Source: Octopus sinensis (lineage: Eukaryota). From it: a stretch of DNA of 64,000 nucleotides. This document shows, in pieces, positions 39,302-52,119 of the stretch (position 1 is the first letter of the stretch; the number at the start of each line of letters is the position of its first letter). Location of the stretch: the NCBI RefSeq assembly GCF_006345805.1, contig NW_021832611.1:310001-374000 (forward strand), given 5' to 3'. Position numbers and translations under genes: made by a program. The notes beneath the pieces were generated by a model, which was given only the letters and a program-made list of their open reading frames with translations, was not told where the DNA came from and made no database searches.

Positions 39302-42300
39302 ATGGAGTTTGATTTGCACAGAAAAGATTATAACGTTGACGGTGATATTCGTGAGTTACAAAAACAAATAAATAAAAGAAATCAGGTTAGTGATTTAATC
39401 TAACACATTACAGAATGCTGAAAACAAATCAGCCTTATTTCGAGAAATCGAAAAGCTAGACATAACCTGTATTCGTAAAAGCTTCACGGTGGCCGAGCTA
39501 ACTTCAGACGAGTTTATTGATATTTACAAAACCTTGATTGAACATTTCCAAAATCAAGATATACAGAACTCGTTAAATTTAATTAAAAAAGCAATAACTA
39601 TTTTTATATAGTTTAGTTTATGAAAGATAATCCCGGTGTACAACTTGAAGTGATAAAATCTAACAAAAAAGAAAATATTTTACATATGGCACTAAAATAT
39701 GAATTGAGAGAAGTCGCAAAATATCTTATAGAAATTGGAAGCAACAAACTCCTCAAGGGAAAATTTAAATTTCTAGTTAGTATAGAAATAATAAATTTAA
39801 GTTAGATAATATTGAGTCTAAGCGAAATGCATTTCATCAACTTGCAATTTCCGGTGACGTCGAGCTCGCACAAGCATTAATAAATAGACTTTCTAGTTGC
39901 GACGTAAAAAAAATATTGGAAATGGAAATGCTCATGGAATCAGAAGGTCAGCGACCGAGGAGTCTAAAACCAATACATTTGGCTTGTTATTTCGGAAATT
40001 TAAATTTCTTGAAATTTCTCGTGAATTTGAAAGTGAACATAAACAGCGTAAACAGCAAAAACGACACCCCTATTCTATTTGCAACTAGAAACAATCACAT
40101 AGACGTTGTTCAGTATACATCTGATAACTATTTTAGATTTCTTTTGCGAAATAAAGCATCAGTTGATATTGAGAATGACAAGGGGTCAACGCCACTATAC
40201 TGGGCAGTGAGATATCAATATGAGGATCTAGTAAAGTTGCTTGTTTGCGATGGAAAAGCCATGGTGTCAACTAGAAGAAAGTTAGGCTTGGAGACTCCAA
40301 TAACGATGGCCACGTCTTTGGGAAATTTGGAAATCCTTAAAACTCTTATAGAGAATGGAGCTGATGTAAACACAAAAATAAAATATGGAATGAAACCCAT
40401 TCATGTCGCTGCCTATTTTGGGCATTTAGAGTTGACGGATTACCTAGTGAATTACAATATTTCATTGGAAGATGACGATGATTTTGGTAATACGCCTCTC
40501 CTTATCTCCGTTCAGCAAAGAAAACTTGATGTTTTTGCACATTTGCTCACTTTGGGAGCAAACGGCTCACATCGTAATAAAAGAGGAAAAGATGCGTGGA
40601 CATATGCAATGGAATTGGAAAATGACAAATACCTGTTGGTGTTGTTAAAGTTTTATGGACACTGGATTGAAGAAAACAAAATTGCTCGATCCAGTGGAAC
40701 TTTTTCAGGTTCGACGTACCCTCTTCATCTTGCTGCTTCTAAAGGAGCAACAAAATATCTTCGAATGCTGTTTGAATCTAAATTGAAATTTAACGAAAAA
40801 GATTCTCTCGGAAATACTTTTATTCATACGGCTGCTTTCGCGAATCAGGCATATTTTATCTCGACTCGTTATTTAAGCTTTAGGACAAAATATTGACCGA
40901 GTTTATCAATTCTCAAAATATCGATTTAAAAAATGTTGACGGAAATACTCCTCTTCATCTAGCATTTATTTCTGGGTCGAATGAAGCAGCATCTATTCTT
41001 CTAAAAAAGTCAACTTTATCAATTAAAAATAAAAACGGCGAAACAGCTCTTCATTGTGCATTCAAATCAAAGAAAACAAGCAAAGAATTGCTCGAAACCC
41101 TTGTCGACCAATCAGTAAAAATGAGTTCGTATTTGGTCATTGAAGAGCCTGATAGTAGTGGTAATACTATTTTACATTTGATTTCCCAAAGTGGAAGGAT
41201 AGAACTTTTTAATTTTTTCAACTTACTAAAAATAAATCGTCAGAATAAAGAAGGAAATTCAGAATGCACGTAGCACTGATGAATGGAAATTTGATCCTAT
41301 TTGACAAAATATTAACGACTTCAACACACAACTTGATCTTAATCTTCAAAACAAAATGGGAAAATCTTTACTTCATATTGCCGTGGAAAAGAATTATAGC
41401 TTGGAACTCGTGAAACTGATACTAAACGGTGCCAATTTGGCAGTTCAAGATTTAATTGGAAATAATGTCATTCACGAACTAATTTTAATGGCATCTAATG
41501 GAAAATGTGCAGAAAGTGTTCATTTATTTAGAGAAATTGTATCTCATGCAGTAGAATGGTGGTGTCTGTACAAATGTGTGTCCATTCCCGACCAAATATT
41601 ACCTATTTATAGAATCTACAAAAAGCATTCTCTTTCATTCCTAATGTATGAAACATTTAACGTACAAAATATGAATCCGGTAATATATGCAGCTTCCCTG
41701 GGTTCTGAAACTATGCTTAGAGAGTTTCTAAACTTGGAAGGTGTAAACAAATTCACTTGTACCGATTATATAGTCTATGATATAACTAATATTTCTCCTA
41801 ATACAAAAAGAATACATGGAAATATGAAAACAAAAAACAAAGTGGATACAAAGTCTTTGTTATATTATGTTACAAAACTTGACGATTTATCTGTGGCGAC
41901 AAGAATTCTCAATATTCAGCCTATATATAAAGTTGCCAAAAACTACTGGAATCCATATCAAAAGATATATATTTTTTTGCTATTGATACATCTAACGCAT
42001 ATGAGTTTATACAGTTATTACGCGATCAATAACCTTCCTAAAGGCTCAAACAATTATTCTTCAAATTTGCTATTTTGCTTATTTTTAATTTGGCCTGTTC
42101 TTATTTCAATTTACAATATACTGAGGTTGATGACTTCAGTAATTTCCCGTTCCAAAGGAGCCAAAGAAAATTTATTTAAAAAAAGATATTCAAGTATTGT
42201 TACTTCAATGGCAATCGGAATACTTAGCTTTTTTGTTTCATCTTATTGTACGTCAATTTTATGGTCTTCTACTGCTTTTATTTGGTTCGGCTTATTTATC

Positions 42301-43082
42301 AATAGAAATGAATACCAAGTCCATTTTTTGGCGTTGACTTTAATTTTAGGATGGCTCGATACCTTGCATTTCACGCGTGGATTCCAATCTATTCATCATT
42401 TTTCTTTGATGTTAAAAAGCATGATTATTTACGATATATCCAAATTTATAATAGTCTTTATAACCGTCCTTATTGGATTCTCTTTCACAATTCGGACACT
42501 TACTAGAGAATCAACGGTCATCTCAACAACGACTGAAAATTCTTTTGATTCTATTTTTCAAACATTTTTGTGGATGGTGGGCATGGGGGATTTCTTTTCA
42601 TTAACAGATCTTGACGGACTCAGCAATAATAAAGGACTTTGGGTTAAAATTTCTTACATATCGTTTATTATTTTTGCTGGGGTGATCCTCTTAAACATGT
42701 TGATAGCAATGATGAATGAATCATACACTGCTTTTAGCCGAGGACTAGGATGGAAAGTAACCAATTTATTTTGTTCTTTAGGTAAGAGCCATAAATTTGC
42801 AATTGAATTGGAAAGTGTAACAATTTTGTCTGGAATTCTGAACTTAATTAAAACAAATAACAAACAAATCACGCGCTAAATGAAGATGGAAATTACTATT
42901 TGTATGTCAGACCATCTTCATTAAATAAATGGCATCAGCTTGGAACAACTAACTCTTTGGAAGAAAATGTGAAAATTCTTGCAAATGGCCTTAAGCAACT
43001 AAATAGCAAATTTACATATGTCGAGAATGAACTCCAACGAATTTCTAAAAAAATATTTCAAACTGATTTAAATTCTAACTAA
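39302..43082 (+). CDS. TRPV-type cation channel with about 16-18 ankyrin repeats; several indels at 41260-41350 and 42790-42875
   Basis: LGWLDTLHFTRGFQ, MIIYDISKF, pore WMVGMGDF, ILLNMLIAMMNESY, TRP-box-like WKVRAI; repeated TPLH/TALH ankyrin motifs. Confidence 0.85.
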
Positions 43083-43339
43083 AGATTTATTAAATAATTT
43101 TATTAATTAAGTGGAGTCTTTTATTATAATTTCGTTGAGACGTCAGGAATACAAAAAACTTTCTACTCAAAGCCTGCTCCGCCACATCAAGTTACTTTTG
43201 AAGAGGGACATTCTTGTAAATTTCGACAGATTGAAGAATCATCCTTTACTACTTGTCCAAATCAAAAATTCAACAATAATTAAGAACTCGTTAAAAAATT
43301 AATTAGTTTTATTTATGAGAAATGTGACTCTTTATTTCT

Positions 43340-45030
43340 TTTGAGAGTTGAAAGAAAGAATAAGTGCTTTTGAAAAATCACTTCTTTATACACCTCAAAT
43401 CAAAAAAGAACGTGCTTGGTTACGCCAATACAATTTTTCGATCAAAATATCAAAAATTTTGGACAGCTTATAGGAAAATAACTGGAACTCAAACGAAGGC
43501 TGAAGTAATTTGCTTGCGACTTCCGGGAGGATCCCTGTCCAGTCAAAAAAGACTACCAAACTTTTCCGCAATCTACTCGCAACTATCCTGAGCCTCTTTC
43601 AGCAAACTATGCAAGCATATTGAGACTTCGCCCGATTACTGATTCTGAGAAGGAAAGCAATAAGGACAGTCAAAAATGCGGCCACAGAGTATGAGGAGTA
43701 TTCCAATGGCCTGTTTTAAGCACCTACCAATTTTTTTGGTGTCTTTGCCCACAAACCTTTTCAATTCCTTCCTGAAAAGAGAATACGTTACAAAATCATA
43801 TAAAAAAACTGAATTTCAAATGATTCAAAAGAAAAAATTAACAAGAGGGATGGTAGAGAGTCAAACAGCCGTCATAGTATTCGAAATAGATGGAGGGAGT
43901 ACGCAGAATAATTTTATACATTTGAATACAAAACATAGACACCTCATCGTGGAACGTTCTCGATTTTTCTAAACCCCAAAAAATAATCAAGACAGTGATT
44001 TTATATGGGCAGTAAATGAATTACCTTGCAAAAAGGCTCCTGGGTCGGACAATATTTTAAGACCATTCCTTTATCTGTAATTACAATCTTATGCAAGAAA
44101 ATCTGGAAAACTTGCATTTAGCATTCGGAATGGAAGAAACCAATATTTGTTTTGTTGCCTAAAAAGGGTGAAAGCAAAGTATGTTCAAATTACCGAGCAA
44201 TTGCTCTCATACCTCACGTTAGCAAAACACTAATTTCAGAAAGAATTCTATCCATTAATCAAGCTGGTTTAGATGTGTTAGTGGTACGGGAGACCAAATC
44301 TCCAACCTCCGGTGTATTATGGAAAAATTGCGTGAATCTCATAAGTGTTTTTACATGTGTTTCATTGACTATTGGAAGGTTTTGGATTGCATACTTTAAG
44401 ATAAACTATGGTCTGTGCTGGAAGAATTTTGAGTTCCTCGTCATCTCATATGGATAATTAAATCTCTATACAGACAAAAAGAGGCTTGTATTGACTCCTT
44501 ATGGAGATAAAGATTGTTTCATTATCAAGAAGGGTGTCAGAAAAGGCTGTATTTTATCTCTCCTTCTGGTTAATATTTACATCGAGAAAATTATAAGGGA
44601 GTTAAATTGCGGAAATAACATCGGAATCAAAATTGGTAGCTTAAACATAAATAACATCGTTAAGTGGAAACAGGGGATGACTTGAAGCAGTTAATAGTAA
44701 GAGTAGAGGAGAAAAGTTCCACATCTGGTCTTTTTCTAAATATGAAAAATCAAAATAATGGCAACCTGACTATCTGGAAAAATGAGAGTTATTGTCAATA
44801 ACAAAGAAATAGAATGTGTTGAAAGCAATATCTTTCTGGGTAGTCTGATAAGTAGAGATGGTGGTTGTGTCTCGGAAATCAATAGACAGATGGCTATTCT
44901 CAGTACGATGATAAAACTAAATTGAATTTGGAGTAGGAAGGATGTCTGTCTCAAGACAAAGCTAAGATTTGTCAACGTAATTGTATTTCTATTCTTCCTT
45001 TATAATTGTGAATCGTGGAAATTGTCAAAA
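43340..45030 (+). mobile_element. Degraded RTE/BovB-like LINE (RT)
   Basis: KAPGSDNI, LPKKGESKVCSNYRAIAL, KGVRKGCILS, IGIKIGSLNINNI; many stops. Confidence 0.75.
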
Positions 45031-45167
45031 GCAGACAGCAGTAGAGTAAATTTATTAGAATTATGATGCTAGGGTAAACTTTGGAGCATGGTATATTAAA
45101 AAACATCTTGCGCTTACTAGAAAGACAAAACAAGGAAGATCAAAATTAAGTTGGATATGAAAAGTCG

Positions 45168-45443
45168 TTAAAATAGCCGGACATCATTTTTGGTGATTGT
45201 AGAACTGGTTAAGGACATGGATTCGTGGATGGATCTGATCAAAGAATTGGTAAGCTCAAAAAACCGGTGACAGTATAATCCAGTTTTATCTAAACTAAAG
45301 ATTTGGTCGGGTTTGTATTTGATGGAAATTTCGTTAAATTCTGCAAGAAAGGATTCAACGTTGACAGATTTATTTTTTGGATTTTTCATGTAATTTACGT
45401 GTTCTGAATCCATGTCTCTTTTTGAATTTATCCAAAAATCCAT
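45168..45443 (-). mobile_element. Tigger/pogo transposase fragment
   Basis: KYKPDQIFSLDKTGLY matches the pogo motif Y.P.QIFN.DETGL. Confidence 0.6.
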
Positions 45444-46144
45444 TATAATTTTTAAATTACTGAGTTGTATCTCTAACCTTTTATCTCTAACCTTGTCAAC
45501 AAGATGGAGTGATTTTTGAGAATATATCCTTTTTGATATAATGAGTATTCGTACTCACAATTCTAGAATTATTAACTTGGTTTACAAAACTGGTTATGCA
45601 TTCTTCTCCAAAAGGCATGTTTTCTGTCCGTTAGTTAAATGAAATCTAGAATGAGCCATTAAGCATACGCGATGTGTGCAGGCTTAAATTTAAATAAAAT
45701 ATACACTGTTAGTGAAGGCATGTATCTAAAATTACAAAATAAAAAGACAAAGAAATGAGAGATAAAATTTGAAAAAATGCATCGACGTGAATATAGTAAA
45801 GCCTTCTGTATAAGACCAGAGACCTAAAAGTCGATATAAATCACATTTACATCACAGAAAATAATTTGTGTCAGCCAAAAGAGTCATACAATATTTGGTT
45901 CAGAGTATCCGATTTACAAAACTAAAATGAGAATTATATATACAATCTCTCGAGAGAAAGTAAATTAGTAAATATGGACGGTCAAAGAATAGCAATTGTG
46001 GCCAATTTGTGAAGGTCAAGTGTATATTGATTGGTCTGATTTAACCTAGACTATAAAAAGCGAGGTATCTGTAAAAAAAAAATTTGAATATTTTTGAGCT
46101 GAAATATAATTATTTAATCAATAAAATAATGGTATATCTTAATT

Positions 46145-46660
46145 GATCTGGGTGTCACCCAGCTCATGGAAACATAGAGACTGTCGAAAAAGACCGGGAG
46201 GACATAATGCGCAAAAAAACTCTGGCCTCCGCTGCTCTAAAAACTGTAATGAAGGACTGGCTACAATATTGTCTTATGCATACCTCACTACGCTCTAGAA
46301 TTTACAATTCCTTTGTAAAACCCGTCTACATTTCCGATACCGAACTAAGGAATCTTGGCTCCTTTCACAGAAAACGGCTTAGTATCTTAAATGGGGTACA
46401 CTGGCCTTAGAAAATCAACAACTCATGTCTCTACAGACTGAGCAACTCAGCGCCAAGGTTAGGGTTAGTCAACAACTCTTTCCTCTACAAGATCAGCAAT
46501 TTGCATGGAGAAAACCCTAAACAACTGCGATGACCTGGACGAAATCGGCCCAAAACCGCGGAAGGTGGTAAACGATGGTTAAAAAGGGCGTATCGTGTGT
46601 GGCAAGTATGGGAATATGATTTATTCTGTTCCCGTTCCTACGGGAAGTGCTAAAATAATA
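46145..46660 (+). mobile_element. 5'-truncated RTE-like insertion with 11-bp TSD
   Basis: RSRIYNSFVKPV..FHRKRL..VHWP; ATATCTTAATT at 46134-44 and 46661-71. Confidence 0.8.
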
Positions 46661-47415
46661 ATATCTTAATTTTTATATGGAATAAGATTTATCAGTTTTT
46701 TCCGTCCTGAAAACAATTTATAATTATGATGATAGATAAATCGTAGATAAGATGTGGAATACGCTAATCTGCATGTTTGTCTTTTTCTCGCTCACAAGTT
46801 GCATTAAATAATCCCTTAAATATATAGACCAAGATGTACCCTGCACACTCCGACTCAATGGTTAAAATTAGTTTTTTTATATAGAAATAGAAGACATTGC
46901 TAATATTCTTCCATTATGTTAGTAACAGTATTTATAAATTATTTGTAGCTGAATGTGACTTCAACTTCATTCCTTACCGAGGTTACCGTGAGACATAAAT
47001 TTTATTTAGTCGGATATAGTCATTTCAAAAATTTTGATATGTTAAATCAATAAATGTTGCTTTAAGATCTCTGTACTTTAAGACGTAAAGTTTGACATTT
47101 TTACAATGAAAAAGTGAATAGTCACTTTATCATTAATTGATCAGAAATCGAAAAGATAATGGCTTGATTTACTAGCGAGAAGTAACGTGGCAACTGCTAC
47201 GAATGTCGAGCAAAGTATTTTGAGAATCTTAAAAAGTATTACGTTATTTGCATCCCAGATATGAAAAAATTATAGAACGAGGGGCTATTATAGAGATGGA
47301 ATAGAAAAAGAATGGTGGGAATAAAAAACGTAGAATGGAATCTTAAAAAATGAAAATTAAAAGTTTTTGAGTAACTGTGGTTAGATAAAAATCGACTTGA
47401 TAAACTTTGAACAGA

Positions 47416-47833
47416 ATCTCGTAATAAACTGGAGAGGGAATGACCCTGAATCTGAATCAATTTTACTAAATTTTCACATGGACGTTGTTCCAGTGTACAA
47501 AGTATTAAATATGTAAATTTAAAGAATATTTCAATTTTTATATGTCTAGAATAATTGAAGTTTCAATTATGTCTAGATTGTTAAGGTCAATAAGAAGAAC
47601 TGATGGCGATCCTGTTTCCCCTCACTATTGCTTGGGACACGTTCTGGAGGAGCCATCTCGTCTCCAGAGGATTGTGTGTTCTCACGGTCTTGAGACGTCT
47701 AAGTGTAAATTTAAATATTTTAAGAAGAAATTGACGTTTGATCCATTTAGTGCAGAAATGGACAATGACGGGAACATCTATGCACGTAAAAGTCAGGTTT
47801 AAATATATTACAAATGTGGCTAGGATATGAAAT
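47416..47833 (+). pseudogene. ACY1: Partial DNA-level duplicate of ACY1 (exons plus introns)
   Basis: Near-identical to about 49602-49828 including intron sequences; substitutions (NSHMD to NFHMD, RGSQ to RKSQ); interrupted by a retroelement. Confidence 0.85.
47524..47703 (-). mobile_element. 180-bp CRE-like RLE 3' end with 12-bp TSD
   Basis: HNPLETRWLLQNVSQAIVRGNRIAISSSY*; TGTAAATTTAAA at 47512-23 and 47704-15. Confidence 0.8.
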
Positions 47834-48020
47834 GGACCTGATAAACTTTGAGCAATTTTAGGCTTATAGCACAAATTTGGCTAAAATTCATTAAAAATGA
47901 CTTTAAATGAAAAATTACTAAGCATATTCTAAATATATTCTAGGCTGACAATTAATTAGTTAGAAGATTGATACGTTAGTTAAGTATCCAAGACCTAGCT
48001 GATTACGTCAGGCATGATAT

Positions 48021-48349
48021 TTTTTTTTTATTTTTAAAAACCACAGACGGGTAAGCCAGTTAATTATTATAATCCCCGTGATCGCCGATCCAAGCGAGGG
48101 AGATCCTACTGAAAGGTTCGATCCTGCCCGCATGATCGGCCTGAGACGACGATGTCCCAGGGTCTGAGTTCTAGAAGTCCTTTTTTCTGTAGGCATTAAG
48201 TGCCTCCTGAGCGTTTCCATATCCGATTGGAATTTCCAACTGGCATGGTGGACCCCATAACGCCACGCTAAGACCGGAAGGAAGATGAGAGATCCCCATT
48301 TTCAACTGTGTCGTGCCAGAAGTACTCGTTGCCTCGAGGGCAGGGGAAC
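48021..48349 (-). mobile_element. 329-bp GC-rich polyadenylated retroposon (LINE 3' end or SINE)
   Basis: 10-bp TSD GGCATGATAT (48011-20, 48350-59); A-rich tail on the minus strand; several hairpins. Confidence 0.7.
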
Positions 48350-49425
48350 GGCATGATATCGCTTATTAATAAATATAATTTTCATCTATATTGTAATTAA
48401 TAAATTTAGATCGTCATAAATTAGAATGGATTTTATATTTTGTATTCGATAAAAGCTATTTATGTATTTCGATAGATTACACTTGAATTTCAAAAGTCTA
48501 GTTAATGATCCAGCAAAAATAAACTAATAAATTGCCAATAAGTATAAATGACACGTTTTATTAAATTTTGCTGCGATTTGACACGTTTTATTTACTGACA
48601 AAATTTTATAAAAATGAAACTAATCTAAAAAATTTTTTGAAAAAAATGAGTTTTATCAGTTATGACGAAAGCTATTACTGATCAGTTCAGAAAAAAATAT
48701 AATCTACAGTAAATAAATAGTTAACCCTCGGCACTTAAGGACTTAATAGAAGCAAATTGGTTGTACAATATCACCGCGAATAAACCCCAACATTCGTACC
48801 ATTATCAGCCCTCTATTGTCTGTACTCAGATGTTCTGACACTACTAATGGTACAAAAGTTAAAATATATTATTTTTCACCCATATAATGTGCTAAAAATC
48901 AAACTACTGAAATGGTAGCTGAAAATCAAAACTCTTATTTACGTCATTTTAATACAAGAAAATTTTTGCTAGAGAATTTAGTTAATTATAGTTTTAATCG
49001 TATATAGTAGTCCCTTATAAATCTTTTTGTTAGCTTTTTTGGTTGCTTCTCTCATAGGCAATCTTGTAGAGAAGTACACATAATACCTATTAACTCGGGT
49101 CTAATCAATTAACTAAGTTTCAGGTAATCTGTCTTTTCAATAAACCCACTGTTATCTCTATATGATTTATTGGAACGTGCTACAGGATTTTTAATGGCTA
49201 CCGGCCTTCTACAAGTTAGCAAGACTAAAGTTAACAGACCAAAACAAAACACCAATGTGGAATATCATTGATAAACTAATAAAAAAAATCCCAACTGACT
49301 AAAATGATGAAGCACCTTAAAACCTGCTGGAGTTTTTTTAATTTTTGACAAATAAATTGACTTATATTTAATTGTTTAAGTCATAATATAAATTAATAAT
49401 TTGTTATAAATAACTAATTAATTAA

Positions 49426-50989
49426 ATGGTCGATGCATTCCGTGAATATCTGCGGTTTCCAACAGTTCAGCCAGATCCTGATTATGGTGACATTTTATTA
49501 ATTAGAAAGCACTTTCAGGTCCTGCAGTAAAATTTCTTTCTGATTTAGCCCTTGGAATAGGGCTCCAGCCTACTGTTTTAGAACTTCATCCAACAAAACT
49601 GATTCTCGTAATAAAGTGGGAAGGAAATGACCCTGAAGCAGAATCAATTTTACTGAATTCTCACATGGACGTTGTTCCAGTGTACAAAGTATTAATGTGT
49701 AAATTTAAATATTTCTAGGAGAAATGGACGTTTGATCCATTTAGTGCAGAAATGGACAATGACGGGAACATCTATGCACGTGGAAGTCAGGTTTAAATAT
49801 GTTAAAAATGTGGCTAGGATATGAAATGTGTCACAATTCAGTATTTTTCATTTTACTGATGTCAGATATTTAGAAGCTATCAGAAATCTCATTAAAGAAG
49901 GATATGTTCCTCGTCGAACTATATACGTCAGTGTAGTACCGGGTTTATAATTTTTATTTAATTTTCATCAGATGAGGAAATTGGTGGACTGACTGGAATG
50001 GCAATGTTTGTGAAGAGTGAGTATTTTAAGTCTCTTAACATTGGCTTTGCCCTTGATGAAGGTGTTTTTTATTATTTCAAATTTTAGGAATCGCATCACC
50101 AAATGCGACGTTTTCGGTTTTTTATGGCGAAAGGACTGTAATGCGTTTGATTTTTTGGCCTCAATGATTTATAGCATTCAAATTGACGTGCCAGGGAAAT
50201 CCAGGTCATGGGTCACTCTTTTTGGAGAACACTGCAGGAGAGAAGATGGTATTAAATTTTAATTTCTAAAGTACAGGCAAACTGTCTTGCTGCAGTGCAA
50301 TCTTTTCGCAATAATGAAAGACGAAAACTTGAAGAGTTAATATGAAACTGTCAATTTTAGAGACCCCGCCTTGACACTGGGGGACGTAACAACTATTAAT
50401 TTAACCGTTCTTGAAGGCGGCGTACAGACAAACGTTGTCCCTGCTACTCTTTCTGCCAGTTTTTTTCTGATTTAAGCTATTTAAAAGCATTTGATTTACG
50501 AATAGCTGCAACCACGAACTTTATTGAAATCTGTGATCAGGTTTTTCCTGAAGCTGAAAAGAATGGAATTTTTATCAATAAAATATATGTTTTATTTGAA
50601 TTTTGGTGATATCTGACAGGACAGTGAACAAATTCAACCTTCGTCGCTTGATTCGCCGTTTTGTAAATTGTTCTTTTCTGCTTTTGATGAACTGTGAGTT
50701 TTAATCCATAATTGACTTAAATTACATCTTAATTTTAAATGATTTATAATAATTTTTAGTGAACTAGAAACACGGGCTATGATTTTCCCGGCAGGAACCG
50801 ATGGAAGATATCTTCGCGGAGTACATGATTAAATCTAATAATAAACAGGCTGGACTTCCAGTCCTCGGCTTTTCCCCGATGAATAACACCCCTGTGCTTC
50901 TTCATGACCATGATGAGTATCTAAACGTTGATACATTTTTGCGAGGAATTGATATCTATCAAATCATTCTCCAAAAAATATCAACTTAA
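49426..50989 (+). CDS. ACY1: Aminoacylase-1 (M20A peptidase family), about 13 introns
   Basis: FREYLRFPTVQP, ILLNSHMDVVP, IYARGSQDMK, VPDEEIGG, FALDEG, GNPGHGS, NVVP, FPAGTDGRYLR, GFSPMNNTPVLLHDHDEYL. Confidence 0.95.
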
Positions 50990-51262
50990 TCTAATTTAAT
51001 TTGTCATTTTTCTATTATCTCGATTTTTCTAACGATAATTTAAAAACTATTCACAAATGATAAAAAGAATTTGATCATTATCATTTTCGTATTTAATGTA
51101 TTTTTTATTTAAAAAATGCACAGATATTTAGGTTCATTTAAAAAACGCGTTTATAAGTCAGCACATGTAGTTTTTATGCAAAAAATCGGTATTTAATCTA
51201 CTTTATTTTTAACAAAATGTAGATTAACAAATTGCCACTTGAATCATTAAAAATTCGTAGAA

Positions 51263-52030
51263 CAGCGGTTCTCAATCGTTTTCCCGTAGAATCTCAGAAT
51301 TGTCATGTGATATCCTGGAGCAATTAATTAAACGAATCAATAAGAGTAAATGCAGGATAAGCATCCAATTGGACGAGTCAACTGACATTTTTAACGTCTG
51401 TCAGCTTGTGTCCTTTGTTCGCTTTGTTGATGATGTGAATATCATTGATGACCTTTTATTTTGTTTGGAGATGGATGGACACACTCGTGGAGAGGACATT
51501 TCTAATATTTTTGACAATTTTATGAAGACGAATAAAATCAAATGTGATAAAGTTGAATCTATAGGTGCACTGATGATGCACCTGGGATGATTGGTCATCA
51601 ATCTGGACTTGTTACTTGTATAAAGGATTTGGTTTCTGATATTGTTACAAGAAATTGTGCATTGCATAAATATGCACTTTGTTTAAAAACTATGTGTTCG
51701 TCGTTATGAGCTCACTAAACACTATTGTAAAAGTGATAAACTATATTCGATCTCGTGCACTGAATCATCGAATTTTTCAAACTCTTTGTTGGGAACTGAT
51801 CATTCCATACTACTTTATCATTCTAAAATCAGATGGCTTTCAAAGGGAAAAATTCTTCCGAAAATTTGTGAACTTTCTCCTACAATATCTTTGTTTTTAC
51901 GTGATAATATGCAGCATGATTGGGCCGGTCAATTCGATGATTTTACTTTTAAATCGAAAATGTATTATCTTGAAGATTTTTAAACATTTTAAATGAGTTT
52001 AATTTGTCAATGTAGGGTGACATTATGTTT
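51263..52030 (+). mobile_element. Internally deleted hAT (ZBED5/SCAND3-like) fragment
   Basis: Left end CAGCGGTTCTCAA; IQLDESTD, VRFV, TRGED, RALNHRIF, LLYHSKIRWLSKG; right end not found. Confidence 0.8.
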
Positions 52031-52119
52031 ATAATGCGTTTAACTCTCTCAACAGAGAGAAAAAATGTGACACTCCATTGACAAATTAAACTTTTTTGAC
52101 CTGATTCAAATTAACGGAT

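Noticed and set aside
35550-43082. RPL7L1, TRPV, ABCB6 and the 37-kb hAT as pseudogenes, or as programmed-frameshift/RNA-editing targets
   Set aside because: Most breaks are single missing bases in homopolymers (about 5615, 35635, 36135, 37775, 42794, 42871) in otherwise conserved frames. Homopolymer under-calling in the assembly is the simplest explanation; short-read polishing would decide.
48040-48360. SRP RNA or tRNA-derived Pol III gene (CCGGAAGGAAG; GGTTCGATCC)
   Set aside because: The SRP symmetric-loop bases do not match, a T6 run at 48181 would terminate Pol III on the plus strand, the A/B-box order is wrong, and the TSD and A-tail indicate a minus-strand retroposon.
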